DNA of 62,484 bases, the filler included, from Choristocarpus tenellus KU-1152 (taxonomy: Eukaryota; Protista; Phaeophyceae), in the NCBI GenBank assembly GCA_964200185.2. It is 11 parts of 11 records of this genome, joined end to end, with 100 filler letters (N's around TTAATTAATTAA, not from the genome) between each part and the next. Parts side by side here need not be neighbours in the genome. Positions count along the whole stretch, not along the records: positions 58,662 to 62,484 come from CAXNAD020017723.1; 10 more parts are not named here. One strand, 5' to 3'. The position numbers and the translations under genes are program-made. Positions 60,121-62,484 of this stretch are shown piece by piece. Each line of letters starts with the position of its first letter. Position 1 is the first letter of the stretch. The notes under the pieces were generated by a model, which made no database searches, was not told the DNA's origin, and saw only the letters and a program-made list of their open reading frames with translations.

Positions 60121-62484
60121 GGTATCAATCAGGTTATACCTGTTGGTAAGATAGGTACACCATTACCACAGTATGTATTTCTCTTAGAGCAAGAAAGATG
60201 CTACCATCTTCTTTTTTAAACTTTTTTTGCAGGTTGCAGACTATGAGAGGTTGGAGGTTTTCCTGTCTACACTGCAGGCATTGGCTCATGTGATTCCTGC
60301 CTCTTGAGCTTCCACTCCCAGTGCAGCTATGACAATAGTGTTATTATTATTTTTAAAACTGTATGCATTATGAATACCAGGTGGATGTGTACTATTGTAC
60401 TATTTTTATAATGGAATCCTTCCAAAGTGAGAGTCCTCAGTAGACAATGAGTCAATTTATGTTTTGTACTGATTGGCAGTCTGTAGCTGTATTGCCCTAT
60501 TTTATTTTATTGAGGTGCTTGGAAGTTTTGATGGGTGATCCTGACCTCCCTTCATCCATTGTGTAAAAGCAAACTGTTCCCACCTGTTAACTATTATAAA
60601 CATTGTTGTCACAACAGGGATGACTGCTCCACTGTGTCATGACTCCAGGGGATAAGTGGATGCCCGAGTCCATTGATGAAATTGCAGAAGTGTGATTGTC
60701 ACAGGTGAAAAATCACTTGAAGATCTGTGTACCATTATTATATCATCAAAGTCATTGTATTTATTCCTTTGACAGGATAGATTCATATTTCTTAACACCT
60801 CATGTAGTGTATGTTATGTGAACATTCAGTCCGAAGACATTTTTTTTTACATCAGTAAGGTCACAGTATTAATTGGTTACTTTATTTCTAGGTCATACCA
60901 TTATTAGTAGTAAATTACTTTGTACTGTGCTATAAATTGAAGAACGGGACTATTTCTATTAGCAAATCAAGACCCAACCACCCTTACCTCCTTTTGGATT
61001 TGCACTATATGTGTATATATACACATATATATTTTATTTTTTTTATGAGAGATTTAAATTATTGGATTTTTGGTCTCGTGAGTTCTATTGTGCGTTTCCG
61101 TTTACATGCCGGATGCTTCTGTCAATGAACCTGTTACCACAAACAATGTATTTCAATAGATTTTAGAGGATTGTGGAACGGGTCCAATTATCTTCACCTC
61201 TTTTACATAATTGCATTTTTTTAGTTATTATTATTATTATCAATAAATTTAAAAAAAATGTTGAGCTGCTATTGCCTTCCTACTGCAGTATGAGGAAAAC
61301 CATCAAGTCTTCCAAAGAACTTACTGCAATTACTCAGTGTGGACAACCACCATCTCCCCCCTGCCATCCTTCAAAAAATACCTGTAAAGGTACATGACCT
61401 CTTCCTCTCAGCAAGGGACCCGATGTGCACCTGGACCAATGTGGTTGAGCCTGCTGGGTCGATTCACAGTGAGGGATCAGGTCTGGATAAGTATCGCCCT
61501 AAACAGAGGATGCCCATCACCAATTTCTTCATGGTGGACTCATACACCTATCAGGTACAGGGTGGAACAGGGTGATGTGTGGATTGATTGTACCTTTGCT
61601 CAAGCTTTTCCAAGCCTTGACTGCACTTTGACCAAACCAGTGGCATCTCTTCTTGCCTGGCTATCAGTGTGTGATTGTCTGTTAGTTGTTTCTACTCCAA
61701 GGTTGTGTGTGTGTGTGTTTTGATGTGGTTGTGGTTTGTGAGTTGTGTCAACAGTCGAAGAGATATTGATTTTGAAACTTGTTATTTTTTAAAGGGTTGC
61801 TGCTGCAACTCTCACAAATTGTCTTGGGGGGTTTGATGTCAGTATGGCTGTTCTTTCAGCACATCTGGGTTACATGTGAAATGCTCTTGTTTCCTTCTTG
61901 TGTATTGTCCTGAGTGATTGATTCATGAGTGATACGTGTACATATCTTTGAACCTTTGCGTGCGTATGTGTGTGTGTGTCACATGAATGTGCTGCCTCGA
62001 GAAAAGCAGAGTCAGTTGAGAATAGAATGACTATCGTCCGTTTACCAACTGAACAACAGTGGGTATCAGAATGGAGAAGTTTTGATTGGTCCAGTGCTTC
62101 CTCACATATATGCTCTGTACTTTCTGGTTAAGTCCTCCCTCCTTGCAATGCCTCGTTGTAGGCATGGTTTGGTTCAATAGTGTACATGGAAAGATCTTTT
62201 GTAAATGTTGGTTATCATGTCAAATCTTTTTTATTACATTATTGTAATAGGGTCCTTTTTCTGAGTTGGCCATAGACTATCCCAGGAAGTTTCCCAATAA
62301 TTTCTATTGAAAAAGAGATCGGAAATTGGCGGAGTGGTATATGGCATTATGACATTTACCTCTAGTGGTATAATCAATATACCGTCAACGGTGTTAGGTG
62401 CAGTCATACCGTGTCATTGGCTATTCCATATACATCCCTTCTCCTGACCTGGTATGCCCCTCCTCGCTTACTCCCCCCCTCAAT

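Overview
Eukaryotic, intron-rich, repeat-rich DNA. By inference it is a stramenopile, probably a brown alga (interstitial TTAGGG tracts, short GT-AG exons, stramenopile-style LUC7). The window is not one locus: it is 11 contigs joined by ten 100-bp N spacers carrying a TTAATTAATTAA all-frame-stop linker, so adjacency across spacers cannot be trusted. Host gene fragments recovered by manual splicing: a GT47/exostosin glycosyltransferase 3' end, a six-exon gene of unknown function, a C2 + SPIRAL2/TORTIFOLIA1-like HEAT protein, an RS-rich protein 3' end, a three-exon low-complexity protein with a WH2-like tail, a membrane protein with a cyclase-like TM module, a LUC7-like splicing factor and a VIP1/PPIP5K. 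The rest is mostly decayed mobile DNA: a CRE-like non-LTR element and its 3' ends, Ty3/gypsy and Ty1/copia remnants, solo LTRs with TSDs, IS630/Tc1-like DDE fragments and several MITE families. The most unusual signal is an intact ParB/Sulfiredoxin-like (DGNHR) exon directly downstream of tandem subterminal repeats shared with a long-TIR MITE. This suggests a eukaryotic DNA transposon family carrying a ParB-like protein. All family assignments come from motif recognition by eye, with no database searches.
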